Positions 28,991 through 38,206 of a DNA stretch of 64,000 nucleotides are shown here, piece by piece (position 1 is the first letter of the stretch; each line of letters starts with the position of its first letter). The stretch covers positions 69,487 to 133,486 of the forward strand of contig CAIPKV010000059.1 of assembly GCA_903865745.1 (NCBI GenBank), given 5' to 3'. A model generated the notes under the pieces. It was not told the DNA's origin, made no database searches, and worked only from the letters and a program-made list of their open reading frames with translations. Source of the stretch: an uncultured Verrucomicrobia subdivision 3 bacterium (lineage in GTDB: Bacteria; Verrucomicrobiota; Verrucomicrobiia; Limisphaerales; UBA11358). The position numbers and the translations under genes are program-made.

Positions 28991-30694
28991 TTACTCGCCG
29001 CCTAGTTTTGGTTCCTCGACGTCTAGAAATCCATTCAATTGCCTGAGTCGCGTCGGATGCCGCATCTTGCGCAGCGCCTTCGCCTCGATTTGGCGGATAC
29101 GCTCGCGGGTCACGCGGAACTGCTGGCCAACTTCATCCAGCGTGCGCGCGTTGCCGTCGCCCAGGCCGAAGCGCAACTCCAGCACCTGCCGCTCGCGCTC
29201 CGTCAGGCTGCACAGCACGTCGCCCATCCGCGACTTCAACAAGCTGAAGCTCGTCATGTCCAGCGGATTGTCGGCCGCCTTGTCCTCGATGAAATCGCCG
29301 AAGCTCGCCTCGTCGCCGTCACCCACCGGCGACTGGAGCGACACTGGCTGCTGCGCCATCCGCAGCACCGCATTCACGCGGGGAACTGATAGCTGCATCT
29401 CTTCCGAGATTTCCTCCGGCGTCGCCTCGCGGCCCAGCTCTTGGAAGAGCTTTTTCTGCGCGCGCAACAGCTTGTTAATGATGTCAATCATGTGGACCGG
29501 GATGCGAATAGTCCTGGCCTGATCCGCAATACAGCGGGTTATGGCCTGCCGAATCCACCAAGTAGAGTAGGTCGAAAACTTATAGCCTCGCTTATACTCA
29601 AACTTATCCACCGCCTTCATCAAACCAATGTTGCCCTCCTGTATCAAATCCAGGAACGACAGTCCGCGGTTGGTATATTTTTTGGCGATGGAAATCACCA
29701 GGCGCAGATTCGCCTCCACCATTTCTGTCTTGGCCTGTAGCGACCGCGTAGCCGCATCACGTAGGTGGTCGAACGCTTCCAGGAAATCCGCCGCCGGCAT
29801 CCGCACAAATTCCTCCAGCGCCCGCAGCTTCTGCTGTTCCGCCTCGACGAGATGTTTTTGCGCCGAAGATTCGCGCTGATCCTGCGCATCCGCGAGCGCC
29901 CGCAGTGAGTAGCGGATTTTTTCGTGGATGTTTTCGGCCACCAGCGCCATCTCCTCGTTCACCTTGTGCTTGAAACAGAATTTCGGAAAAAGCGCCGCCA
30001 GTTTCTTGTCCAGCTTGAGAAACTCGTCGTGTTCGCGATTGCGCTTGGCGTTCTGATGCGCCGCGCGCCAGAGATTAAAATGCCGGTCCACCTCCGCGTC
30101 CAGCGCGCGCGCTTGCGCCACCAATTTGCGCAGCGTCTGCAAATGCGTCTCGCGGTTGGCGATATGTTTATCGATGACCACCCGGTCAAAGCGTTCGCGC
30201 GGCGGATCGGCCAGCAGCTTCTCCGCCAGCGCAATGTGTTCCTTGCCCGTAAAACCGAAACTATAAACCACCACGCACAATTCGTTATCCGCCTTTTCGA
30301 TCCGCTTGGAAATTTCTACCTCCTGCTCGCGCGTCAGCAATGGCACCGCGCCCATCTGCCGGAGATACATCCGCACCGGGTCGTCCAGCGCCTCGAGGTG
30401 GCGGGATTCAATTTCTTCCTCTTCCGCCTCCTTGCCCGCTTCCGCGTGGTCCAGGATTTCAATCTCCAGTTCACGGAGCTTGGTTAAAATTTCATCCAGT
30501 TCCTCCGGCGTGGATAATGATTCGGGCAGCGCCTCATTGATGTCGTCGAAGGTGAGGTGCCCCTGTTCTTTGGCGAGGAGGACCAGGTCCCGGATTTTCG
30601 CAGCCAACTCCGTGGCGCGATCCACCGGCGCGGCGGCGGCCGGCAGCCCGGGCGGCGCGGTCGGGGAAGTTTTTTTGGGCTTGGTTTTGGGCAT
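28991..30694 (-). CDS. rpoD: RNA polymerase primary sigma factor (sigma-70)
   Basis: It carries the region 2-4 signatures [17 protein letters not shown] and [30 protein letters not shown]. It has an acidic region 1. Confidence 0.95.
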   Translation of the reverse strand: MPKTKPKKTSPTAPPGLPAAAAPVDRATELAAKIRDLVLLAKEQGHLTFDDINEALPESLSTPEELDEILTKLRELEIEILDHAEAGKEAEEEEIESRHLEALDDPVRMYLRQMGAVPLLTREQEVEISKRIEKADNELCVVVYSFGFTGKEHIALAEKLLADPPRERFDRVVIDKHIANRETHLQTLRKLVAQARALDAEVDRHFNLWRAAHQNAKRNREHDEFLKLDKKLAALFPKFCFKHKVNEEMALVAENIHEKIRYSLRALADAQDQRESSAQKHLVEAEQQKLRALEEFVRMPAADFLEAFDHLRDAATRSLQAKTEMVEANLRLVISIAKKYTNRGLSFLDLIQEGNIGLMKAVDKFEYKRGYKFSTYSTWWIRQAITRCIADQARTIRIPVHMIDIINKLLRAQKKLFQELGREATPEEISEEMQLSVPRVNAVLRMAQQPVSLQSPVGDGDEASFGDFIEDKAADNPLDMTSFSLLKSRMGDVLCSLTERERQVLELRFGLGDGNARTLDEVGQQFRVTRERIRQIEAKALRKMRHPTRLRQLNGFLDVEEPKLGGE

Positions 30695-30780
30695 GCCACC
30701 ACCGGCACGGATAAAAAATCCGGTGGGCTGCGAATATGAAAACTACGGACGACAACGTCAAGCGGCGAAACGCTGTTCGC

Positions 30781-32109
30781 TCACTTTTTTTTCTCTACCA
30801 AAATGCCCCGCCGTTCGAGGTGGGGCAGAATCATCTCCACCGTGCGCTCCACGGCCCCGAGATTTTCGGCGACCAATGCCAGAGCCGCGCGCCCCAGCGC
30901 TACGCGGCGCGGTTCGTCCGCGAGTAATTCGCCGATAACGCGCTCCAATTCTTCCGGCGTCGGTACTTGGAGCGCGGCGTTTTTCTGGAGAAAGGCGCGG
31001 GTGATGTCGGCAAAGTTCTGCATGTTTGGGCCGAACACAACCGCCTTGCCCAGCGCGGCCGGCTCGATCGGGTTCTGGCCGCCGATGGCCGTGAGGCTTT
31101 TGCCGATGAACACCACCGTGGCTGCATCATAGAAAAATTTCAGCTCGCCCGTCGAATTGACCAGCAGGCACTCCAGTCCACCGGGCGGCAGATGCGTGTC
31201 CGCAAAAATTTCAGTGCGGCAGACAAATTTCACACCGCGCACTTTCAGGCCATGCCCGATGTCTTTGGCGCGTTCGAAATGGCGCGGCACCAAAATCAAG
31301 AATAGCTTGGGGAATTTCACCCGCAGCCGCCGCACCATGTCGGCTAGAATAATTTCCTCCCCGTCATGCGTGCTGCCGGCCACCAGAATCAGCGCATCGT
31401 CCGGCACGCCAATCTGGCGGAGCAAACCGCGCACGTTTAACCGGCTGACTTCACTAAACTTGGCCGCATCAAACTTCATGTTCCCCACCACTTTTACCGC
31501 GTTTTCCCGACAGCCCACAGCCCGGAGGCGCACGGCATCCGCTTCATTCTGGCAGCCGACGCCGGTGAACGATTGGAACAAGGACCGGAAGATAAAACCG
31601 AACTTCAGGTAGCGCGGATAAGAGCGATCGGAGATCCGGGCGTTGGCGAGGAAGACTGGAATTTTCAAAGTAGCGGCTCGCCAGAGAAAGTTCGGCCAAA
31701 TTTCCGCTTCCACGAGGATGATGGCCTGCGGGTTGATGGTGGACATCGCGCGCCGCACATATTTGGCGCGGTCAATCGGGTAATAAATCTTGCTGACGCG
31801 CGTCGGCAGCCGGCGGCGCAGTTCTGACATGCCGGTGGTGGTAGTACAGGAGACGACCATCTTGGCATTTGGGGCACGCGCTTCCAGCGCATTGATGAGC
31901 TGGGTGCAGAGGTTGACCTCGCCCACACTGACAGCGTGCAACCAGATCACGTGGCGGTTGGTGAGGGCTTGCTTAAGCGCCGCATCGTATTTGGAAAAAC
32001 GCTCGCCGAAACCGGTGCGCCAGCTGCCGCGCCGCCGCATGCGCCAGAAATAATACGGCGATGCCAGTATAAAAAATACCAGGAACAGTATGTTATAGAG
32101 TGTGCGCAC
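30781..32109 (-). CDS. waaA: 3-deoxy-D-manno-octulosonic-acid (Kdo) transferase
   Basis: It has an N-terminal membrane helix and the VIWLHAVSVGEV motif. The length and GT30-type C-terminal half fit this family. Confidence 0.85.
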   Translation of the reverse strand: MRTLYNILFLVFFILASPYYFWRMRRRGSWRTGFGERFSKYDAALKQALTNRHVIWLHAVSVGEVNLCTQLINALEARAPNAKMVVSCTTTTGMSELRRRLPTRVSKIYYPIDRAKYVRRAMSTINPQAIILVEAEIWPNFLWRAATLKIPVFLANARISDRSYPRYLKFGFIFRSLFQSFTGVGCQNEADAVRLRAVGCRENAVKVVGNMKFDAAKFSEVSRLNVRGLLRQIGVPDDALILVAGSTHDGEEIILADMVRRLRVKFPKLFLILVPRHFERAKDIGHGLKVRGVKFVCRTEIFADTHLPPGGLECLLVNSTGELKFFYDAATVVFIGKSLTAIGGQNPIEPAALGKAVVFGPNMQNFADITRAFLQKNAALQVPTPEELERVIGELLADEPRRVALGRAALALVAENLGAVERTVEMILPHLERRGILVEKKK

Positions 32110-32231
32110 TTTGAAATTCCCATGCCCCGCTAAGCCTTGGGCCGACGGCTGGTGCAGAAAATTGTTACAGAATCGTAACCCGATTTCAACTTCGGAAAAA
32201 CCCTAACGCCCGCCGCCAGGGCTGTGCCGGT

Positions 32232-32852
32232 TCACACTACCATGAGAATGGCCCACGCGCTCCAGTCGCTGGTGCCGGCGGTGCCTGCCACGCTCACTTG
32301 CACACAATAAATCTGTCCGGGAATCAGACCGCTAAACGTCGTGTAGGTCGCCGTGGACTGCTTGGTTTGCAGGATTACATCCGGGTTGGCAGCGAGCGCC
32401 AGCCGCCAATTATGAATGAGCGTGCCATAGACCGGCGCCACGCTGGCATCCAAATCCCCGCTGTAAGTTCCCCGGGAGAGCTCGGGCATCGTCGGTTTGG
32501 GCAGGTCGCCAATACGGAAACGTAGCGGCTTTTGAATGGGAAAATTACTGGTCAGTAGCACCGTGAGGTTGCCGTGACATTCCTCCGTCACATCCAAGGC
32601 GAGTGAGCGGACCAAGGGATAGAGCGCCCGCCGTTTTTGAACTTTAAGCGAAATCGCGCCCCGGGCAAAATCGGACGCCTCCACTAGCGCGCGCTCAAAT
32701 TCAGCCAGCGCCGCCTTGATCAGCAGCAGCAACGCCACCGCTTTGGGATAGGCCGCATTGCCGGTCATGCCGGCGAGGATTTTTTTGATATCCAAGACCA
32801 AATCGGTATCAGTGCGCCGGGTGAGGAAACGAATGGAAGGTTTTACAATCAT
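32232..32852 (-). CDS. Small protein with helical N-domain and C-terminal FN3-like domain (family member P2)
   Basis: This 206-aa ORF is a paralogue of 7980-8597. Its N-terminus is ..ILAGMTGNAAYPKAV...RALYPLVRSLALDV..LLTSNFPIQK. Its C-terminus is ..YTTFSGLIPGQIYCVQVSVAGTAGTSDWSAW. Confidence 0.6.
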   Translation of the reverse strand: MIVKPSIRFLTRRTDTDLVLDIKKILAGMTGNAAYPKAVALLLLIKAALAEFERALVEASDFARGAISLKVQKRRALYPLVRSLALDVTEECHGNLTVLLTSNFPIQKPLRFRIGDLPKPTMPELSRGTYSGDLDASVAPVYGTLIHNWRLALAANPDVILQTKQSTATYTTFSGLIPGQIYCVQVSVAGTAGTSDWSAWAILMVV

Positions 32853-32988
32853 AAAGATGGGCTATGAGTTGAGTGTTGGTGGGGCAGACTCACTATGCGA
32901 GACAATTGTATGAATACTTTCGGCGTGTCTGCGAACGGTGACCGCCCGGCTGTCTAGTTTTCCCGCCGTTTAACTCGGTTGGGAAAGA

Positions 32989-33008
32989 CTTTTAACAACT
33001 GTTAAAAG
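32989..33008. repeat. Perfect 9-bp inverted repeat, CTTTTAACA-ac-TGTTAAAAG
   Basis: I read this directly from the sequence. It lies between array 2 and the P2 start, about 137 bp upstream of it. A related TGTTAACA palindrome occupies the equivalent spacer of locus 1 (8683-8690). Confidence 0.5.
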
Positions 33009-33012
33009 CATT

Positions 33013-33285
33013 TCGTCACCTGACCCGCCGCGTAAGCCACTTGGTAAAGCGCCAGTGGATGTTAAAGAAACCCGCTTGCCACCGTTCACAGCCTCGCTGT
33101 CAATTGGCAAAACAAATCCGCCACCTGACATAAGCGCTTTGCCATGTGTCAAAACGACTGACTTAACTTTAAAAACTGCTTTGTCACCTGGCTTAATTAG
33201 GCTGCCACCTGTCAGAGCCGTCGTGGCAGGTGGCAAAATGATGGCGGAACTCATTGCCAAGCCTGTGTCAGGTGGCATCGTGGGG
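33013..33285 (+). repeat. Array 2: 13 degenerate tandem units of exactly 21 bp
   Basis: Units start at 33013 and recur every 21 bp. The core TTGCCACCTGWCA is clearest at 33076, 33118, 33139, 33181 and 33202. Inverted copies lie at 33223 and 33265. The sequence at 33076-33089 is identical to the complement of 9003-9016 in array 1. Confidence 0.8.
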
Positions 33286-33394
33286 TTTTATAAGGTGGTT
33301 GTTAGGAAATCTCTGTCTCCAACTAAAGTTTTACCCTCCGATTATCCAATATTTAGGGAGTTTTGCGGTATATCGGTTTCCGCCCTCGCCTATG

Positions 33395-34654
33395 TCAATT
33401 CGTACGGAAAAAGATCAGCCAGATAATCACCAGCACTGGCAGGAGGAAGGGCAGGGAGTATTTTAGGACATAATTGATGAATGACGGTACCGGCACACCG
33501 TTCTGTTCGGCAATGGCCTTGACCATGAAGTTCGGGCCATTGCCAATATAAGTGGCCGCCCCGAAAAACACGGAGGCGATGCTGATGGCCAGCAGATGAT
33601 GCGCATGGGTCACCAGCAGCGGCTGGATGTCTTCCGCCCCGGCCGTAGCGTGCAGCGAGGTCAGAAAGCCCAGATAAGTCGGTGCATTGTCCAGCGTGCT
33701 CGAAAGAACGCCGGTGCCCCAGTAGAAAATAGCCGGCGACGGATGCTGGCCGAGCAGGTTCGTGCTGTTTTGATTCAGCCAGTTCAAGGCCGGCATCATG
33801 GTGCTGAACAGTCCGGCAAAGAGAATGGCAACTTCCTGCACGGGATGGAAATCAAACTGGTTGGCCGCATGCACGGATTTCTTGGTCGTGAAATAAGAGC
33901 CCGCCGCCGCCGCGAGCATCAGGCCTTCGCGCAGGAACAGGGGTTTTTCCACAAACACCGCCACGAGGATGACCGCGAGAAAGAATAAGTTGGGCAGACC
34001 TTCGATTTTCCACGCTTCACCCGCTGGTTTATCCTCGCGCTGGGCGGGCAAGGTACGGAGGTAATGTCGTTGATCCACAAAATAGAAGATGGCGAGCAGC
34101 AGACCGCCGCCCAGCAGCCACAGCGGCCAGCAGTTTTGCGTCACCCACCAGAACGGGACACCTTGCAGATAGCCGAGGAACAGCGGCGGATCGCCAATGG
34201 GCGTGAGACAGCCGCCAATATTCGCCACGAGAAAAATAAAGAAGACGATGTGATGCGCCGCAATGCGGGATTTATTCAGTTGAATCCACGGCCGGACGAG
34301 CAGCATCGCCGCCCCGGTGGTGCCAAGGACGTTGGCAATAATGGCGCCGATGAGCAGGAAAACCACGTTGGTCAGCGGGGTGGCTTTGCCTTTGGTACCG
34401 ATGTGGATGCCGCCGGACACGACGAACAGCGAGCCGACGAGCGCGATGAAGCTGACGTATTCGTGAGCCGCTTCCGCGAGGCTATGGGTATCATGTAAAG
34501 CCAGCAGATAGTACCCCGCGGTGATGGCCCCGAGACCGAGCGCGACTTTGGCGTAATGCCGCAGCCACCAGCCCGGCGCAAAGATGGGCGTAGCCGCCAT
34601 TGCGCCGAGTAATAGCACGAAGGGCAGCAGCGTCAGGAATTCAGCCATCGTCAT
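33395..34654 (-). CDS. Polytopic ion transporter (ArsB/NhaD-permease or sodium:proton-antiporter-like superfamily)
   Basis: It is about 420 aa and has at least 10 hydrophobic helices. The assignment rests on overall resemblance only. The start is either the ATG at 34654 or the one at 34648. Confidence 0.5.
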   Translation of the reverse strand: MTMAEFLTLLPFVLLLGAMAATPIFAPGWWLRHYAKVALGLGAITAGYYLLALHDTHSLAEAAHEYVSFIALVGSLFVVSGGIHIGTKGKATPLTNVVFLLIGAIIANVLGTTGAAMLLVRPWIQLNKSRIAAHHIVFFIFLVANIGGCLTPIGDPPLFLGYLQGVPFWWVTQNCWPLWLLGGGLLLAIFYFVDQRHYLRTLPAQREDKPAGEAWKIEGLPNLFFLAVILVAVFVEKPLFLREGLMLAAAAGSYFTTKKSVHAANQFDFHPVQEVAILFAGLFSTMMPALNWLNQNSTNLLGQHPSPAIFYWGTGVLSSTLDNAPTYLGFLTSLHATAGAEDIQPLLVTHAHHLLAISIASVFFGAATYIGNGPNFMVKAIAEQNGVPVPSFINYVLKYSLPFLLPVLVIIWLIFFRTN

Positions 34655-34714
34655 GGCGCTGAATTGTGGGGAGGTTCTGGCGGTGGTCAAACCCAAACGT
34701 AAGCGGACGGTGAC

Positions 34715-37700
34715 TTGACGGCGTGCTGGTTCGCTGCGAAGGTTTTGCGCTTGCCGCAGGATTTACCAGCAAAGGCGACGAGCACCTTGTTCGCTGACCT
34801 CGCTAAGACTCCCGCTGTGCAGACGCTCGCACGGCGCTTGGAGGTGGGCGGAGCGCTGTCGGTTGCCGGCATCGCGTCTACGGCCCAGCCGTTCTTCGCT
34901 GCATTGGTGCAAGCGCTGTTTCCGCAAAGGCCGGTTGTCATCGTCACGGAAAACCTGAAGGCGCAGGAAAGCTTTCAGCAGGATTTGGAGACGTGGCTGG
35001 CGGTTGAGTCCAATGGCCAAAGTTCAAATGCCAAAGCCGAGCCGTCCCAAATTCCAACTGCCAACTCCCAACTGCTCTTCTATCCGGCGTGGGAGATTTT
35101 GCCGCATGAAGAGAAATTGCCGCATGCCGACGTCATCAGCGACCGTCTGCAAACGCTCGTGGCACTTTCAGACAACTCAAAACTTAAGACTCAAAATCCA
35201 AAACTGCTCGTGGTGACGAGCGTCATTGCGCTGCTGCAAAAAACCTTTCCGCCGGGCGAGATTCAGGAACGGACGCGTAACTTCAAACGCGGTGACCGGA
35301 TTGCGCCGTTGGATTTGATTGAGTGGCTGGAAGCACAGGGCTACGAACCGGAGGCGCAGGTTTCGCAGAAGGGTGAAATTGCGTTGCGCGGTGGCATAGT
35401 GGACATATTCCCACCGACCAACCCGTGGCCAGTACGATTGGAGTTTTTTGGGGATGAACTGGAATCGTTGCGCGAGTTTGACCCGCTCACACAAGTTTCG
35501 CGGGGAGAGATTTCCATGGTGGTTTTGCCGCCCGCGGGCGAGTTGGGAATCTTAAAGCAAAGGCAGCATGCAAAGCCGTTAGCTTCATTGCTCGACCATT
35601 TGCCGCGTGAAACGGTTTTTCTGCTTTGTGAGCCGGAAGCCATCGCGGTTCAAGCGGATGCTTACGAACAGCAGGTTCCGAAGGCTGATTCCTTCTTCAT
35701 TTCGTGGCCGGATTTCCTGGTGGAACTATATCGGCGAAGATTTACGGCGGTTGAATTGGTTGAGACCGTAGATAGTGGCGAAGCTAATCCGCTCTTTGAA
35801 AACCTCGACGCCTTTCGGCCATTGGCTGAACGCGCTCCGGAGCCGCAGGTGGCCGAAGCCCTGCGCCGCGAATTCTTTCAGCAGCTTCACCGCTGGCTGC
35901 GGCAGGATTACGCTGTCCACGTCTTTTGCAATAATGACGGCGAGCGCCAGCGGTTCGAGGAAATCTGGAAGGAACATGGTTTTAGCGCGGAAGAAAAATT
36001 AGCTGTTCAAGTCGGCTCGCTGGCTCGCGGCTTTATTTGTGCCGAGGCAAAGCTGGTGGTGGTCACGGATGCGGAAATCTTTGGGCGTTATAAAATCCAG
36101 CGGCCGCGTCGTCAGAAAAGTTCTCATGCTCAGGCGGCGCGCTCGGCGCTCGATATTGATTTCACGGATTTGGAGGAAGGCGATTTGGTGGTGCATTTGC
36201 AGCACGGCATCGGGCGTTATCGCGGTTTAAAAAAGATGCCGGCGGGCAACAGCCGGCATGTTTTGGAGGGTAATCCGCAAACAGCCGATTCAATCGAATG
36301 TCTGGTCATTGAATACGCGCCGGCGAACGATGGTGAAGCAGCGCCCAAACTTTATGTGCCCGTCAGTGAGGCGCATCTCGTCAGCAAATACGTCGGCGCG
36401 GGTAAGGTGAATCCACCGCTTAATCAACTGGGCGGCACGCGTTGGGCAAAGGCGAAAGAGCAGACTGAAAAGGCGGTGCGCGACATTGCGGCGGAAATGC
36501 TGCGTATTCAGGCGGTGCGGGAAACTCAGGCTGGTCATGCGTGCAAGCCGGATACGCAATGGCAGCGGGAATTTGAAAGCGCTTTCATCTACGAGGAAAC
36601 GGCGGACCAGGTCACTGCCATTGCGGCGACCAAAGCGGACCAGGAGCGGGCCAAGCCGATGGATCGTTTGATTTGCGGTGACGTGGGTTTTGGTAAAACG
36701 GAAGTGGCCATCCGGGCTGCTTTCAAATGCGTGATGGACGGAAAACAAGTGGCGATTCTCGTCCCGACGACGGTGCTGGCGCAGCAGCATTATAATAATT
36801 TTCGCGATCGCATGGCGGATTACCCGATACGCGTCGAACTGCTTTCGCGTTTTCGCACGAGGCGGGAGCAGGATCTGGTGGTGAAAAATCTCGCGGCGGG
36901 GGCGGTGGATATTTTGATTGGCACGCATCGCATTGTGCAGGAAGACATCGCGTTCAAAGATTTAGGGCTGGTGGTGATTGACGAGGAGCAACGGTTTGGG
37001 GTTGTGCACAAAGAGCGGTTCAAGCGGCTGCGGACGATGGTGGATGTGCTGACCTTGAGCGCCACGCCGATTCCGCGCACGCTCTATCTTGCACTCACCG
37101 GCGCGCGCGACATGAGCACCATTCAAACGCCGCCGCATGATCGGCTGCCGGTCGAGACGATTGCGACGCCTTATGACGAGCGTACGATTCGCGATGCCAT
37201 CCAGCGCGAAATGAATCGTGGCGGGCAGACCTTTTTCCTGCACAACCGCGTGACGACGATTGAGACGATGCGCGAAAAATTACAGGCGCTCGTTCCGGAT
37301 GCGCGCATTGTGGTGGGTCATGGCCAGATGCATGCGGATGATTTAGAAGAGGTGATGACGAAGTTTGTCAACGGCGATGCGGATGTTCTCCTATCCACCA
37401 CTATCATCGAGAGCGGTCTCGATATTCCGAATGCAAATACCATTATCATTGACCGGGCGGATCGATTTGGTTTGAGCGAGTTGTATCAGTTGCGCGGGCG
37501 GGTCGGGCGCTACAAGCATCAGGCCTTTGCTTATCTGTTGCTGCCGCGCCACGCACGCTTGCTTACCGATGTACGCAAACGCATTAGTGCGATGAAGCAA
37601 TACGCGTCGCTCGGTAGCGGATTTAAAATCGCGATGCGTGATTTGGAGATTCGCGGTGCGGGGAATCTTTTGGGTGCGGAACAAAGTGGTCACATTACTG

Positions 37701-38158
37701 CCGTTGGCTTCGAGCTGTATTGCCAGCTGCTCAAGCAAAGTGTGGGTGCGTTGAAAGGCGAAAAAGTAAAGCCGCGCGTCGAGGTGCGTATCGCGCTGGA
37801 TTTTCTTGGTGACGCCAGCACGTTGCCGGAGAACTACGTCACCGAGCCGCACCATCGCATCGAGATTTATCGCAAGCTGGCGCAGGCTACGGACAAGCCG
37901 GCGCTCGATGGCTTGCAAAAAGAATTGCGCGACCGTTTCGGTCCGCTGCCGTCGCCAGTGGAGGTGCTGCTGGTCGTGGGCGAACTGAAAATTCTCGCCA
38001 GCGAAAAGGGTGTCACGAGCATAGAAGTTGACGAAGACAAATTAAAAATCACGCGTCATGGTGATTTTATCACGTTCGGTGGCAAATTTCCGCGGCTCAC
38101 CAAAAAAGAAGTGAAGGCGAAATTGAAGGAAATCAAGCGGTTACTGTTGGCGATTTAA
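34715..38158 (+). CDS. mfd: Transcription-repair coupling factor
   Basis: It has the CarD-like segment DLVVHLQHGIGRY, the helicase motifs GDVGFGKTEVAIRAA, VIDEEQRFGV and LSATPIPRTL, and a TRG/D7 C-terminus. The TTG start at 34715 is uncertain. Confidence 0.93.
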   Translation: MTACWFAAKVLRLPQDLPAKATSTLFADLAKTPAVQTLARRLEVGGALSVAGIASTAQPFFAALVQALFPQRPVVIVTENLKAQESFQQDLETWLAVESNGQSSNAKAEPSQIPTANSQLLFYPAWEILPHEEKLPHADVISDRLQTLVALSDNSKLKTQNPKLLVVTSVIALLQKTFPPGEIQERTRNFKRGDRIAPLDLIEWLEAQGYEPEAQVSQKGEIALRGGIVDIFPPTNPWPVRLEFFGDELESLREFDPLTQVSRGEISMVVLPPAGELGILKQRQHAKPLASLLDHLPRETVFLLCEPEAIAVQADAYEQQVPKADSFFISWPDFLVELYRRRFTAVELVETVDSGEANPLFENLDAFRPLAERAPEPQVAEALRREFFQQLHRWLRQDYAVHVFCNNDGERQRFEEIWKEHGFSAEEKLAVQVGSLARGFICAEAKLVVVTDAEIFGRYKIQRPRRQKSSHAQAARSALDIDFTDLEEGDLVVHLQHGIGRYRGLKKMPAGNSRHVLEGNPQTADSIECLVIEYAPANDGEAAPKLYVPVSEAHLVSKYVGAGKVNPPLNQLGGTRWAKAKEQTEKAVRDIAAEMLRIQAVRETQAGHACKPDTQWQREFESAFIYEETADQVTAIAATKADQERAKPMDRLICGDVGFGKTEVAIRAAFKCVMDGKQVAILVPTTVLAQQHYNNFRDRMADYPIRVELLSRFRTRREQDLVVKNLAAGAVDILIGTHRIVQEDIAFKDLGLVVIDEEQRFGVVHKERFKRLRTMVDVLTLSATPIPRTLYLALTGARDMSTIQTPPHDRLPVETIATPYDERTIRDAIQREMNRGGQTFFLHNRVTTIETMREKLQALVPDARIVVGHGQMHADDLEEVMTKFVNGDADVLLSTTIIESGLDIPNANTIIIDRADRFGLSELYQLRGRVGRYKHQAFAYLLLPRHARLLTDVRKRISAMKQYASLGSGFKIAMRDLEIRGAGNLLGAEQSGHITAVGFELYCQLLKQSVGALKGEKVKPRVEVRIALDFLGDASTLPENYVTEPHHRIEIYRKLAQATDKPALDGLQKELRDRFGPLPSPVEVLLVVGELKILASEKGVTSIEVDEDKLKITRHGDFITFGGKFPRLTKKEVKAKLKEIKRLLLAI

Positions 38159-38206
38159 TTTGGCTTCCGGGGTCTGTTTATTGGATAATTTCCCCCTCAC
38201 CTTTCT

